Assembly: GCA_902615855.1 (NCBI GenBank)
Contig: CACMQN010000005.1
Span: 8,596 to 72,595, forward strand
Length of the DNA stretch: 64,000 bases
Reading direction: 5' to 3'
From: an uncultured Candidatus Actinomarina sp.
GTDB lineage: Bacteria > Actinomycetota > Acidimicrobiia > Actinomarinales > Actinomarinaceae
Under the pieces are notes generated by a model that did not search any database, was not told the DNA's origin, and saw nothing but the letters and a program-made list of their open reading frames with translations. The translations under genes were made by a program, and so were the position numbers. Below are positions 9,006 to 18,204 of this stretch, one piece after another. Every line of letters starts with the position of its first letter. The first letter of the stretch is position 1.

Positions 9006-10400
9006 ATGAAATCATTGCGAAAGCAACGAATCATTATATTTTTACTTCTCTCCCTTATTTTAGCTGCTTGTGGAGGCTCAGATACAGCTGAAGAAGAAAC
9101 CGTAGAGACAACTGCTGCTCCAGCAGAGTCATTGGATTCTCCTTCTGTAACAACTGCTCAAGCAATTAAAACGGGAGTCGGAGTTACCGAAGAAGCATGT
9201 CCTGCTTCTTATAACGTTGGGGGAACTGATGTACCTACAGGAGCAAATCCTGACCAAGGTTGTATTTATCTAGGATTGTTAAATGACTATACAGGTCCTT
9301 ACGCTGCGGCAGCAGGCGCACTTGAATTAGCACAACGAGCTTTTTGGCTCTGGGCTAACACAACAGGTGGAATTGGTGGTTACAGCGTAGCTATCATTGA
9401 TGGTAAGGATACAGGTTATAGTCCTGCAAAACATCTTGAAGGATACAATGCAATAAGAGACGAAGTGGCAGCTTTAGCTATGTCTCTTGGAACAGTTCAA
9501 ACACTTTTTATCATGGATGAAATGGACAAGGATAACATGGTTGCCGCTCCGATGAGCTGGTATTCAGGATGGGGTTATAAGTCCTTTGATCGTGGTCTTG
9601 TTGCAGAGTTTGGATCAGCATATTGTGTTGATGGAATGAATGCACTCGACTGGGGATTAGAAAACCTTCCAAAGGAAATTAACACTGTTGGAATTATTGC
9701 TTATGCAGGTGAGTATGGAGATGACTATGCTGCAGGTGTAAGAAAAGCAGCAATAGCAAACGGAGTAACAGTTGCTTGGAGTTATGTACCTCCAGTAGCT
9801 GAGTTTGATGTTGCAGCTGCTTTAGGCTTGATGTTAACTCAGCCTGTCGATGCAGTATTCTCAGGAGCACCATTATCTGCTGGACCACAAATAATTGGTG
9901 GATATTACCAGCAGACCGGAGCATTGCCATTTATTTTTAATGCCGCTCCGGCATACAATGATGCATTTATTGCAGAAGGATTCCCAGTAAGAGATCTATA
10001 CCTATCTGGAGCCGTGTACAACATGGCTTGGGTTGGTCCTTTTGAAACTGATACACCAGGTCATGCTGCTATGAGAGCAACCTGGGGTAACTTTAGTGAC
10101 TCTGCTAGCTCTTATGTTGTAGCAGGTTGGTCATCACAGTATCACATAAAAGGAGTTCTTGAAGCTGCTGCTAAAGGTGGAGACCTTACAAGAGCAGGAA
10201 TAAGAAGAGCTGCAAGCAATGTAACGGTTGAATCAGACGGAATGATGACACCTAGAGAGCTTGGACTAGACGGACCAGATCCAGAAAGTACAATAACCGC
10301 TCCAGACGCAAGTGTTGGTAGTGGTAGTGCTACAGTAAAAGCTAATTATGCTGGACCAACAGCATCAGCTTATGACTGGTCACAAGGACCATGTTCTTAA
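9006..10400 (+). CDS. ABC transporter substrate-binding lipoprotein (type I periplasmic-binding fold)
   Basis: Lipobox LILAAC, Thr/Ala/Glu-rich linker, GLLNDYTGPYA and DTGYSPAK motifs; strong RBS (GGGGG); visibly higher GC than its neighbours. Confidence 0.85.
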   Translation: MKSLRKQRIIIFLLLSLILAACGGSDTAEEETVETTAAPAESLDSPSVTTAQAIKTGVGVTEEACPASYNVGGTDVPTGANPDQGCIYLGLLNDYTGPYAAAAGALELAQRAFWLWANTTGGIGGYSVAIIDGKDTGYSPAKHLEGYNAIRDEVAALAMSLGTVQTLFIMDEMDKDNMVAAPMSWYSGWGYKSFDRGLVAEFGSAYCVDGMNALDWGLENLPKEINTVGIIAYAGEYGDDYAAGVRKAAIANGVTVAWSYVPPVAEFDVAAALGLMLTQPVDAVFSGAPLSAGPQIIGGYYQQTGALPFIFNAAPAYNDAFIAEGFPVRDLYLSGAVYNMAWVGPFETDTPGHAAMRATWGNFSDSASSYVVAGWSSQYHIKGVLEAAAKGGDLTRAGIRRAASNVTVESDGMMTPRELGLDGPDPESTITAPDASVGSGSATVKANYAGPTASAYDWSQGPCS

Positions 10401-10416
10401 AATAAGACAAAATTTA

Positions 10417-10449
10417 AAAGAGCCAGGTTTATCCTGGCTCTTTTTTTTT
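10417..10449 (+). terminator. Intrinsic terminator of the ABC operon
   Basis: Stem GAGCCAGG / loop TTTAT / CCTGGCTC followed by T9; preceded by an A-run, so potentially bidirectional. Confidence 0.92.
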
Positions 10450-10480
10450 ATATATAGGTCTACAAGGATAAAATATTCTT

Positions 10481-11485
10481 ATGAATTTAAATAAGCTATC
10501 TAAAGCAAAAAAGATAACTCTAATACTAATTTTTGCAATTCTACCGTTCGGTTTGATGAAAACTGATTATTACTTTATGTCACCGGGACCACCATATCAA
10601 TGGGATATTGAAATTGATGGTCAAGAAGTTTTTGATTTTGATGGTAACCTCTATCAATTAACTGTAAGAAGAGATGAAGCCAATTATTTTTCATATGCAT
10701 GGGGATTGATGAATGATAATGTTGATTTATTTCCAAGAGAAGTCATTTTACCAAAAGGTGTTACTCCAGATGAATTATCTGATATTAGTTTACAAAATAT
10801 GAAGAATTCTGAAAATGTAGCTATTGCGGTTGCTTTAGAGTCTTTAGGCTACAAAGTTGATACAGAAGGAGATGGTGTTTTGGTAGTTGGTTTGATGGAG
10901 GATTCACCAGTAAAAGAAAAATTAATTAAAAATGATTTAATAATATCCATCAATAAAGAAAAAATTAAATCAACGTCGGAATTTATATCTTTATTGAGGA
11001 CATACGATATTGGTGAAGAGATTTCAATAGAATTTATTAGAGATAATATTGAAATGTCAATCAAAACAATTTTGATTGAACATGTTGACTATGAGGATGA
11101 GCCAATGGTTGGATTTTTAGCATCAACACCAAATCAACGTTTTGCATTTCCATTTAACGTAGATATAAAAACAGGTAACGTGGGAGGACCATCTGCTGGA
11201 TTAATGATGACACTTAATGTTTACAATACATTAACAGAGGTTGATATCACCAATGGAAAAAAGATTGCAGGTACCGGAACCATAGAAATTGATGGTTCTG
11301 TAAGACCAGTAGGAGGAGTAAAACAAAAAGTTATTGCAGCAAAGCGTGCTAATTCATCATTAATTCTTGTTCCACAATCAAATTATGATGAAGTAAAGAT
11401 TTATATTGATGAGAATACAGACATCATTGCTATAAATTCTTTTGAAGAGGCTTTAAATGTTATTTCAGACTTTAGTTCACGTTAA
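10481..11485 (+). CDS. YlbL-like PDZ / Lon-type serine protease
   Basis: N-terminal TM, SPGP, PDZ domain, GGPSAGLM (catalytic Ser), AGTGTI, GGVKQK (catalytic Lys). Confidence 0.88.
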   Translation: MNLNKLSKAKKITLILIFAILPFGLMKTDYYFMSPGPPYQWDIEIDGQEVFDFDGNLYQLTVRRDEANYFSYAWGLMNDNVDLFPREVILPKGVTPDELSDISLQNMKNSENVAIAVALESLGYKVDTEGDGVLVVGLMEDSPVKEKLIKNDLIISINKEKIKSTSEFISLLRTYDIGEEISIEFIRDNIEMSIKTILIEHVDYEDEPMVGFLASTPNQRFAFPFNVDIKTGNVGGPSAGLMMTLNVYNTLTEVDITNGKKIAGTGTIEIDGSVRPVGGVKQKVIAAKRANSSLILVPQSNYDEVKIYIDENTDIIAINSFEEALNVISDFSSR

Positions 11486-11513
11486 AGACGAAAGACAAAT
11501 ACAATATTTATAG

Positions 11514-14333
11514 ATGGTTAATTTAGGAAACTTAAATACAAACTCTGAAAGAAGAGGCTTTTCGTTTATTGTCTTTATAGCAATTATTGGGTTTTCTGTT
11601 GCTCGGGGTCTTGCAAACTTTTATACAAACTATTTGTGGTTTGATTCTATTGCATTAGAAAGTGTTTGGATAAAAATTTTACTGACAAGGACAGCACTTG
11701 TTGGTGCAACTTCCCTAGTCGCATTTATTTTTATATTTTCTAATTTGAGATTGGCTACAAGAGCAACTCCAGTAATGGACATCTTTGAAGCATTTGACTC
11801 TGAAGATCCCCTTGCTAGATTTAGAAATTTTGTAAGTGAAAGATTCGCTAGGTTCAGATTAACTGGTGCGATAGCTCTTTCTTTATTTTTGGGTGCAGGT
11901 GCGTCAACTCTCTGGGAACAAGTTTTATTGTTCTTAAATCGTGAAGGTTTTGGAGTAAGTGATCCAGTATTCAATTATGATGTTGCAAGCTACGTTTACG
12001 GACTTCCTCTTTATAGATTATTTGTTTCTTGGGGATTTCAACTTGTTACTCTTACTTCACTAGTTGTAATTCTATACTTTATTGCTACAGGAGCTCTCCA
12101 ACTAAGACCTGGGCGTTTACCAGAAGTAAGCAGTGGTGCAAAAGCCCATTTGTCTGTTTTACTTGCATTTATAGCTTTACTTAAAGCAGTTGCTTACAGG
12201 CTCGATGCTTTAGAGTTACTTTACTCACCTCGTGGAAAGGTGTTTGGTGCTAGTTACACAGATGTTGTAGCTCACTTGCCTGCCCTGAACCTTTTAATTT
12301 TAATTTCACTATTTGGAGCAATACTTCTATTGGTAAATATTAGAAGAAGAGGATGGCTACTACCTACTACGGCAATTGGTTTATGGTTGGCAGTTTCAAT
12401 CATAGTTGGAGGAATTGTTCCAGCAGCTATACAAAGATTTAGGGTTGTTCCTGATGAGTTGAATAAAGAATTACCTTTTGTTGAAGATCATATTAACTAT
12501 ACAAGATTAGCATATGGACTTGACAATATAGAAGAGAGACAATTTGAAGCTTCACCCAATCTCTCTCAAAATGATATCAATAATAACTCTCAAACAGTTG
12601 ACAATATCAGATTATGGGATCCGACAGTATTAGCTGAGACCTACAGTCAGCTTCAAGAAATTAGAGCTTATTATGCCTTAGATGAAGTTGACGTCGACAG
12701 ATATATGATTGATGGTCAATTAACTCAGGTAATGGTATCAGCAAGGGAATTAGACCAAACAAACTTACCTGCTCAGGGCTGGGTTAATCAAAAACTACAA
12801 TACACCCATGGTTTTGGAGTTGTGTTCAGCCCGGCAAATAATGTTGCTAGTCAAGGACAACCAGACTTTTATGTTAAGGGTGTTCCAGCAAATACAAGCG
12901 TTGCTGAGCTTGAAGTAGACCAACCAAGAATATATTTCGGTGAGTCAGCAGACTCAGATGAATATGTTGTTGTTAATTCTCTTCAAGACGAAGTAGATTA
13001 CCCATTGTCAACAGAGGGGCAATCTGTTGCATATACAAATTATTCAGGAGACGGTGGAGTAAGCATAGGTTCGTTCTTTAAAAGACTCGGATTCGCACTA
13101 CGTTACAGTGAATTAAACCTACTTATATCAAATCAGTTGAGTGATGGTTCAAAGTTAATTATGGAAAGAAACATTATCAGTAGGGTTAAAAAAGCTGCTC
13201 CTTTCTTATATACTGACAATGATCCTTATTTAGCACTAATTGATGGCAATCTATTTTGGATTATTGATCTTTATACCTTGAGTGATAGATATCCTTATGC
13301 TCAACCAGCTGACACAACAAGAATTAATGACAGGTCTGGACTACCTATAAATTTTAATTACATTCGTAACTCTGTAAAAGCAGTCGTTAACGCCTATGAC
13401 GGAACTATGAATTTCTATATCTTTGATGAGAATGACCCATTGATTAAGTCATATGCTGAAATCTTTCCATCTCTTTTTGATGATAAATCAAATATGTCTG
13501 AAGATCTATTGAATCATATTAGATATCCAGAAGACCTCTTTACGATTCAATCTGACATGTACAGAGATTATCACATGACTGATCCAAGAGTGTTTTATGC
13601 TGATGAAGATCCCTGGGTAATTCCTACAGATTCATCCACTACACCAAGACTTGCAACTTTAAGAGGTGAGTTCACTGAAATTGGTTTCAAACCAATGCTT
13701 CCATATTATCTTTTGATGTCGTTACCAGGAGAGAGTGATCTGAGTTATCTTATCTTCCAGCCATTTAACCCGGAGAATAGACCGAATATGCAATCCTTCC
13801 TTGTTGCGGACGCAGATCCAGAAAACTATGGACAGATAATTGACTTTAAATTACCTAAAGGTGAATTTGTTGATGGACCAAGTCAGGTTGCAACAAGAAT
13901 TAACCAGGATCCAGATATATCACAAATATTTACATTATTAGATCAACAGGGTTCAAGTGTTATTAAAGGTAACCTTTTTGTGGTGCCGATCAATCAGTCT
14001 GTGCTTTATTATCAACCAATATATCTACAGGGTGAGCAAAATCCATTGCCTGAATTTAAATTTGTTGTTGTGGTTTTCCAAGACAGAATAATAATGGCCG
14101 AATCACTCACCCTTGCTCTTGAAGGTGTATTTGGTGACCTTGAAATCGATCTCGATTTAGATGTCGATGATTCAGAGGGTATAAGTGCTATTGATTTATT
14201 AGATAAAGCTAGCGATTTATTTGATCAAGCTCAAAAAGCATTAACAGATGGAAATCTTGGTAAATATCAAGATTTAATAATTCAAGTTGAGGATCTTGTA
14301 AACAAAGCTCTGGAAATTCTTAATCAACAATAA
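11514..14333 (+). CDS. UPF0182 family membrane protein
   Basis: 939 aa, multi-TM N-terminal half, IRLWDP, YTHGFG, PRIYFGE, NYIRNSVKAVVNAYDG, GNLFVVP; typical position next to YlbL and tRNA-Met. Confidence 0.93.
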   Translation: MVNLGNLNTNSERRGFSFIVFIAIIGFSVARGLANFYTNYLWFDSIALESVWIKILLTRTALVGATSLVAFIFIFSNLRLATRATPVMDIFEAFDSEDPLARFRNFVSERFARFRLTGAIALSLFLGAGASTLWEQVLLFLNREGFGVSDPVFNYDVASYVYGLPLYRLFVSWGFQLVTLTSLVVILYFIATGALQLRPGRLPEVSSGAKAHLSVLLAFIALLKAVAYRLDALELLYSPRGKVFGASYTDVVAHLPALNLLILISLFGAILLLVNIRRRGWLLPTTAIGLWLAVSIIVGGIVPAAIQRFRVVPDELNKELPFVEDHINYTRLAYGLDNIEERQFEASPNLSQNDINNNSQTVDNIRLWDPTVLAETYSQLQEIRAYYALDEVDVDRYMIDGQLTQVMVSARELDQTNLPAQGWVNQKLQYTHGFGVVFSPANNVASQGQPDFYVKGVPANTSVAELEVDQPRIYFGESADSDEYVVVNSLQDEVDYPLSTEGQSVAYTNYSGDGGVSIGSFFKRLGFALRYSELNLLISNQLSDGSKLIMERNIISRVKKAAPFLYTDNDPYLALIDGNLFWIIDLYTLSDRYPYAQPADTTRINDRSGLPINFNYIRNSVKAVVNAYDGTMNFYIFDENDPLIKSYAEIFPSLFDDKSNMSEDLLNHIRYPEDLFTIQSDMYRDYHMTDPRVFYADEDPWVIPTDSSTTPRLATLRGEFTEIGFKPMLPYYLLMSLPGESDLSYLIFQPFNPENRPNMQSFLVADADPENYGQIIDFKLPKGEFVDGPSQVATRINQDPDISQIFTLLDQQGSSVIKGNLFVVPINQSVLYYQPIYLQGEQNPLPEFKFVVVVFQDRIIMAESLTLALEGVFGDLEIDLDLDVDDSEGISAIDLLDKASDLFDQAQKALTDGNLGKYQDLIIQVEDLVNKALEILNQQ

Positions 14334-14339
14334 AAAAGC

Positions 14340-14367
14340 TTGAGTTAAAAAAAATCTTAATTACTAT
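14340..14367 (+). promoter_or_regulatory. Putative promoter of tRNA-fMet
   Basis: TTGAGT, 16 nt, TACTAT, ending 10 nt upstream of the tRNA. Confidence 0.5.
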
Positions 14368-14377
14368 TGATATTCAG

Positions 14378-14454
14378 CGCGGGGTGGAGCAGTCTGGTAG
14401 CTCGCTGGGCTCATAACCCAGAGGTCGTAGGTTCAAATCCTACCCCCGCTACCA
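14378..14454 (+). tRNA. tRNA-fMet (initiator), anticodon CAT
   Basis: Cloverleaf CGCGGGG..., C1:A72 mismatch, GGG/CCC anticodon-stem pairs, loop CTCATAA, encoded CCA. Confidence 0.97.
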
Positions 14455-14456
14455 AA

Positions 14457-14594
14457 TCATCTTATAAATAAATCTATAAGTCTTTTTCTTCCAGTAGATG
14501 CTGCAATAAGTTTTAAAGTGAATATACCCATTGCACCTAAAAATCCTAGTGTCCCAAGAACGAGGACAATTCTCCAAATTATTATTGCATCCAT
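14457..14594 (-). CDS. 45-aa single-TM small protein (not in ORF track)
   Basis: MDAIIIWRIVLVLGTLGFLGAMGIFTLKLIAASTGRKRLIDLFIR; perfect TATAAT 6 nt upstream of ATG; TM followed by a basic tail. Confidence 0.65.
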   Translation of the reverse strand: MDAIIIWRIVLVLGTLGFLGAMGIFTLKLIAASTGRKRLIDLFIR

Positions 14595-14625
14595 GATTTA
14601 ATTATAAGCAGAAACTGTATTAGTT

Positions 14626-15117
14626 CTAATTGACATAATCAATAATCATCTCGTCCGTTATAGGACCGTTAAATGTATTGATTACAACAAAGTCTTTGTT
14701 TAATAATAGAGTTGTTGGAAGTCCACTCCAGAAAAATTGAGTGATGAATGATTCAACTTTTTCTTCCGACAAAATATTTTCATACGTTAAGTTATATTCT
14801 TTTATAAATTCAATTGCATTGGTCTCAGAATCATCGACCAATAATCCAACTACAACAAATTCATCCAGTTCATTTAATTTTTGAAGGTATCCCACTTCTT
14901 CGATACATGGTGTGCACCAAGTCGCCCAGAGGTTTATAACAATATATTCCTCACTGATAAGGGCAATATTCGTATCTAGATTTTCAAAAACAACAGATAG
15001 GTCTAAATTTTCGTTGTTTGGTAGCACTTCGACATCAGTATTTTCCTCTTCAAATGTTGTTGAGATTACAAGAACTAGTCCAACTAGGGACAATAGGATA
15101 AAATTTCTTTTCAACAT
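14626..15117 (-). CDS. TlpA/ResA-like membrane-anchored thioredoxin
   Basis: N-terminal TM, NLWATWCTPC (WCxxC), GLPTTLLL cis-Pro motif. Confidence 0.88.
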   Translation of the reverse strand: MLKRNFILLSLVGLVLVISTTFEEENTDVEVLPNNENLDLSVVFENLDTNIALISEEYIVINLWATWCTPCIEEVGYLQKLNELDEFVVVGLLVDDSETNAIEFIKEYNLTYENILSEEKVESFITQFFWSGLPTTLLLNKDFVVINTFNGPITDEMIIDYVN

Positions 15118-15158
15118 AAGTTTAATTTAATAAAGTATTGAACATACAATACATAAGT

Positions 15159-16187
15159 ATGGAATTTGAAAAACTTATTTATCCTGGATTCAATAAGACA
15201 TTCGGAGAGCTTGAGTGCATTAAATTAGACAAAAGTAATCAATTAGAGGTTATTGATTATTTCAATATAGATTGGGTTCGTTCAGCCGTTGAAGAGCTTG
15301 TAAAAACTGTTGATGAAAAGATAAAAATTGAGTTTATTGAGCCAACCACAGTAGATATTGAATCTGCATCAAAATTAGTGAAAGCAGATCTATCTGTAGA
15401 GGATGCAAAAAAAGACTTTAGCAAAGGTAAGAGAATTATTGGTATCTCTTCTGGAAAAGGTGGCGTTGGAAAATCAACTATTTCATCTTTACTTAGCATG
15501 GCTTTCGCAAAACAAGGAAAAAAAGTTGGAATTCTTGATGCTGATATCTGGGGATATTCAATACCAAAAATGTTGGGAGCAAAATTTCCTCCAATCCCAT
15601 TCAATAACAGAATTTTCCCATCAAAAATAAATGATCTCAGCGTTATTTCAATGGAGTACTTCGTAAAACAAGATGAGGCAGTAATTTGGAGAGGACCAAT
15701 GCTTCATAAGGCTATTGAACAATTCCTGTATGAAGTTTTATGGCAGGATATAGATATCTTACTTATCGATATGCCACCCGGAACAGGTGATGTCTCGATA
15801 TCCCTTTCTCAATTTCTTAACTTTTATGAAACGATCATTGTTACGACACCTCAAAGCAATGCGACAACCGTTGCAGAGAGAGCAGGAATTATGTCAAAGA
15901 AAGTAAACTCAAGCATCATTGGTGTTATTGAAAATATGTCTTATTTAGAGAATGGGAGTGAGAAACTATATCCGTTTGGTAAAGGCGGGGGAGAAGAACT
16001 CTCAAAGAACCTAGGTGTCGAATTTATTGGTAGCCTTCCGTTATATGATTCTGTATCAAAATATTCAGAGGATGGAAAACTTCTCGAATTTGGTGCAGAT
16101 AATGATTTCAAAGTTGTCGAGGAAATGGTCGATGCAATTAATGCCATTGCTCCTAAGAAAAAACCAATTGATTTAAAAATTAATTAG
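15159..16187 (+). CDS. mrp: Mrp/NBP35 (ApbC) Fe-S cluster carrier ATPase
   Basis: SGKGGVGKST, LDADIWGYSIP, WRGPMLHKA, DMPPGTGD, GVIENMS. ORF open from TTG 15138; ATG 15159 preferred. Confidence 0.92.
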   Translation: MEFEKLIYPGFNKTFGELECIKLDKSNQLEVIDYFNIDWVRSAVEELVKTVDEKIKIEFIEPTTVDIESASKLVKADLSVEDAKKDFSKGKRIIGISSGKGGVGKSTISSLLSMAFAKQGKKVGILDADIWGYSIPKMLGAKFPPIPFNNRIFPSKINDLSVISMEYFVKQDEAVIWRGPMLHKAIEQFLYEVLWQDIDILLIDMPPGTGDVSISLSQFLNFYETIIVTTPQSNATTVAERAGIMSKKVNSSIIGVIENMSYLENGSEKLYPFGKGGGEELSKNLGVEFIGSLPLYDSVSKYSEDGKLLEFGADNDFKVVEEMVDAINAIAPKKKPIDLKIN

Positions 16188-16935
16188 CTATAAAACAGAA
16201 CACGGAAAGTAATAGACAGTAATAACCAAAATATTGCAGTTTTGAACTGGTTGTAAAATTAATTAAAACTCTTATCGCAAGTAGTCCGGTAAACATAGCA
16301 ACAATTGTTGGGAGAACAATATTTGTGTTTACTTGAAAGGAATCATTGATAAAGGTTAGGCTCCATGCTCCAAATATTGTTGGGATACCTAGCAAGAGTG
16401 AATAATAAATTGCATCAGCTTTTTTTACCCCGAGATAAATAGCTGTCAATAAAGTTACACCAGATCGTGAAACTCCAGGTAGTAATGCAATAGATTGAGC
16501 GATCCCAATAACAAATGCTTGGCTGACGGTTATATCTCTGATGCTTAATGCTTCACTATTATTTATGTTTCCTGAAAAAATTAGGAGTAATGAAAAAATT
16601 AAGTATGAAGCTCCTGTGATAAGAATAAGGTTGGGACTCTCATCGATGATATTTTGTATAGGTGTCAGTAAACCAATGAGAACCGCTGGAATAATACCAG
16701 CAAGAATTATTTTGAAATAAAAGATAAAAGTCTCTAAATCTTCAAATATCTCAAAAATTCTTTTTCGGTAGAAAAATACTATTGAGAATAAAGTGCCAAT
16801 ATGCAAGAAGGCAATGTCATTGGTGTTTAGGTCAAGTTCAGAACTTAATGATGAAATAATGACGAGATGACCACTTGATGATATCGGTAAGAATTCTGTT
16901 AGTCCCTGTAAAACACCAGTTAAAATTTCAAGCAT
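16180..16935 (-). CDS. uppP: Undecaprenyl-diphosphate phosphatase
   Basis: QGLTEFLPISSSGHL and LLPGVSRSG motifs. Confidence 0.95.
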   Translation of the reverse strand: MLEILTGVLQGLTEFLPISSSGHLVIISSLSSELDLNTNDIAFLHIGTLFSIVFFYRKRIFEIFEDLETFIFYFKIILAGIIPAVLIGLLTPIQNIIDESPNLILITGASYLIFSLLLIFSGNINNSEALSIRDITVSQAFVIGIAQSIALLPGVSRSGVTLLTAIYLGVKKADAIYYSLLLGIPTIFGAWSLTFINDSFQVNTNIVLPTIVAMFTGLLAIRVLINFTTSSKLQYFGYYCLLLSVFCFIAN

Positions 16936-17085
16936 CTATTTTATACTAGCTAAATGCCAGTCGTTGCAATCACCACATCTATAAATATTGAATTTCTGAT
17001 TGTACTCTGACTCAGCCCAGCCTCTTTCTTTTCTTGCCTCGTTTTCAGATTTAAATCTTTTTTTTGAACAGCTCTCTATATTCAT
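16936..17085 (-). CDS. 49-aa putative CCCH zinc-binding microprotein (not in ORF track)
   Basis: MNIESCSKKRFKSENEARKERGWAESEYNQKFNIYRCGDCNDWHLASIK; C6, C37, C40, H44; its TAG directly abuts the uppP ATG. Confidence 0.75.
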   Translation of the reverse strand: MNIESCSKKRFKSENEARKERGWAESEYNQKFNIYRCGDCNDWHLASIK

Positions 17086-17165
17086 CTTTACCAATATCTA
17101 CAATAAATTAAAAATACATCAATGGAATAAAAACTTATTTAAATTTAAGTAAGTAGAATCTAATC

Positions 17166-17765
17166 ATGAGCATTGTTCCCGTGATTGCAAGCTATCTAAT
17201 AGGTTCGATTAATTTTGCTTATATTGTTGCAAAATTCAAAAATATCAATATTCAAGAGATTGGAAGTGGAAATCCAGGTTCTTCAAACGTTTTGCGAGCA
17301 CTCGGAAAAAAATATGCAATAATCGTACTCGTTGGTGATTTATTTAAGGGAATAGCTCCATTTCTGATTTTTGGAGGTGAATTAGAGACATTAATCTATG
17401 CGTCTCTCGCCGTTATAGGGCATTGTTTTCCAATATTTTATGGATTTAAAGGCGGAAAGGGTGTCGCAACGTATTTAGGGACAGTAATAGGATATATTAT
17501 TTTTATTGCACCAGATTTAGGGTTTTTATTTTGGGAAATTGCCCTAATTTTTGGATTTATTGCACTTTATTTTGGAATATTCTTCATTTTTAGAATTTCA
17601 GCAATATCAAGTCTGTTTACATGCTCAGTTGGTGCACTTTATGTCATTTTTCAATCACCAGAAATTTACATCGTTGGGTTTCAACTATTTATTTTGTTAC
17701 TAATTTTCTATCAGCATAGAGAAAATCTATCACGACTATCAAAAGGCGATGAGAATAAATTTTAA
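17166..17765 (+). CDS. plsY: Glycerol-3-phosphate acyltransferase
   Basis: SYLIGSI, GSGNPGSSNVLR, GHCFPIFYGFKGGKGVAT, HRENL. Confidence 0.95.
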   Translation: MSIVPVIASYLIGSINFAYIVAKFKNINIQEIGSGNPGSSNVLRALGKKYAIIVLVGDLFKGIAPFLIFGGELETLIYASLAVIGHCFPIFYGFKGGKGVATYLGTVIGYIIFIAPDLGFLFWEIALIFGFIALYFGIFFIFRISAISSLFTCSVGALYVIFQSPEIYIVGFQLFILLLIFYQHRENLSRLSKGDENKF

Positions 17766-17826
17766 AACTTAAGAATAAAACTTTTATTTGTTGTAATATA
17801 TTTTTAAGAAGAGTTGAGGCAGGGCA

Positions 17827-18201
17827 ATGAGTTCAACATTAATTTTAATAGGGTTACTTTTATCACTATCGATGGCAGTGATTCTTCCCGAGATACAGAT
17901 ATCGAAAAATCAAAACAATTACGCCTATTTTATCTCTCCCGAATATGACTCCATGGTGAATAAACAAAGAAGAGGGTATTTAATTTTAGGATTACTTGCG
18001 GTCTCAACATTCTTCGTATCTATACAGACCATGTCTGTACCATTATTTATTTTTCATCTTATTCTTGATTGTGTATTTGGTATTTATGCGTTCCTCTCCT
18101 TTCAGGTGAGAAAATCCATGCAGGTACAAAATAATTTTACTATGGGGTACCAAGTAGAAAATACAGTAGAGGAAGAAAGCTACTTCAAAGAAGCTGTTTA
18201 A
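17827..18201 (+). CDS. Hypothetical 3-TM membrane protein (weak resemblance to compact SepX/GlpR-type proteins)
   Basis: N-terminal TM, then QRR followed by two TMs with HLILD; family assignment is from memory only. Confidence 0.6.
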   Translation: MSSTLILIGLLLSLSMAVILPEIQISKNQNNYAYFISPEYDSMVNKQRRGYLILGLLAVSTFFVSIQTMSVPLFIFHLILDCVFGIYAFLSFQVRKSMQVQNNFTMGYQVENTVEEESYFKEAV

Positions 18202-18204
18202 AAC

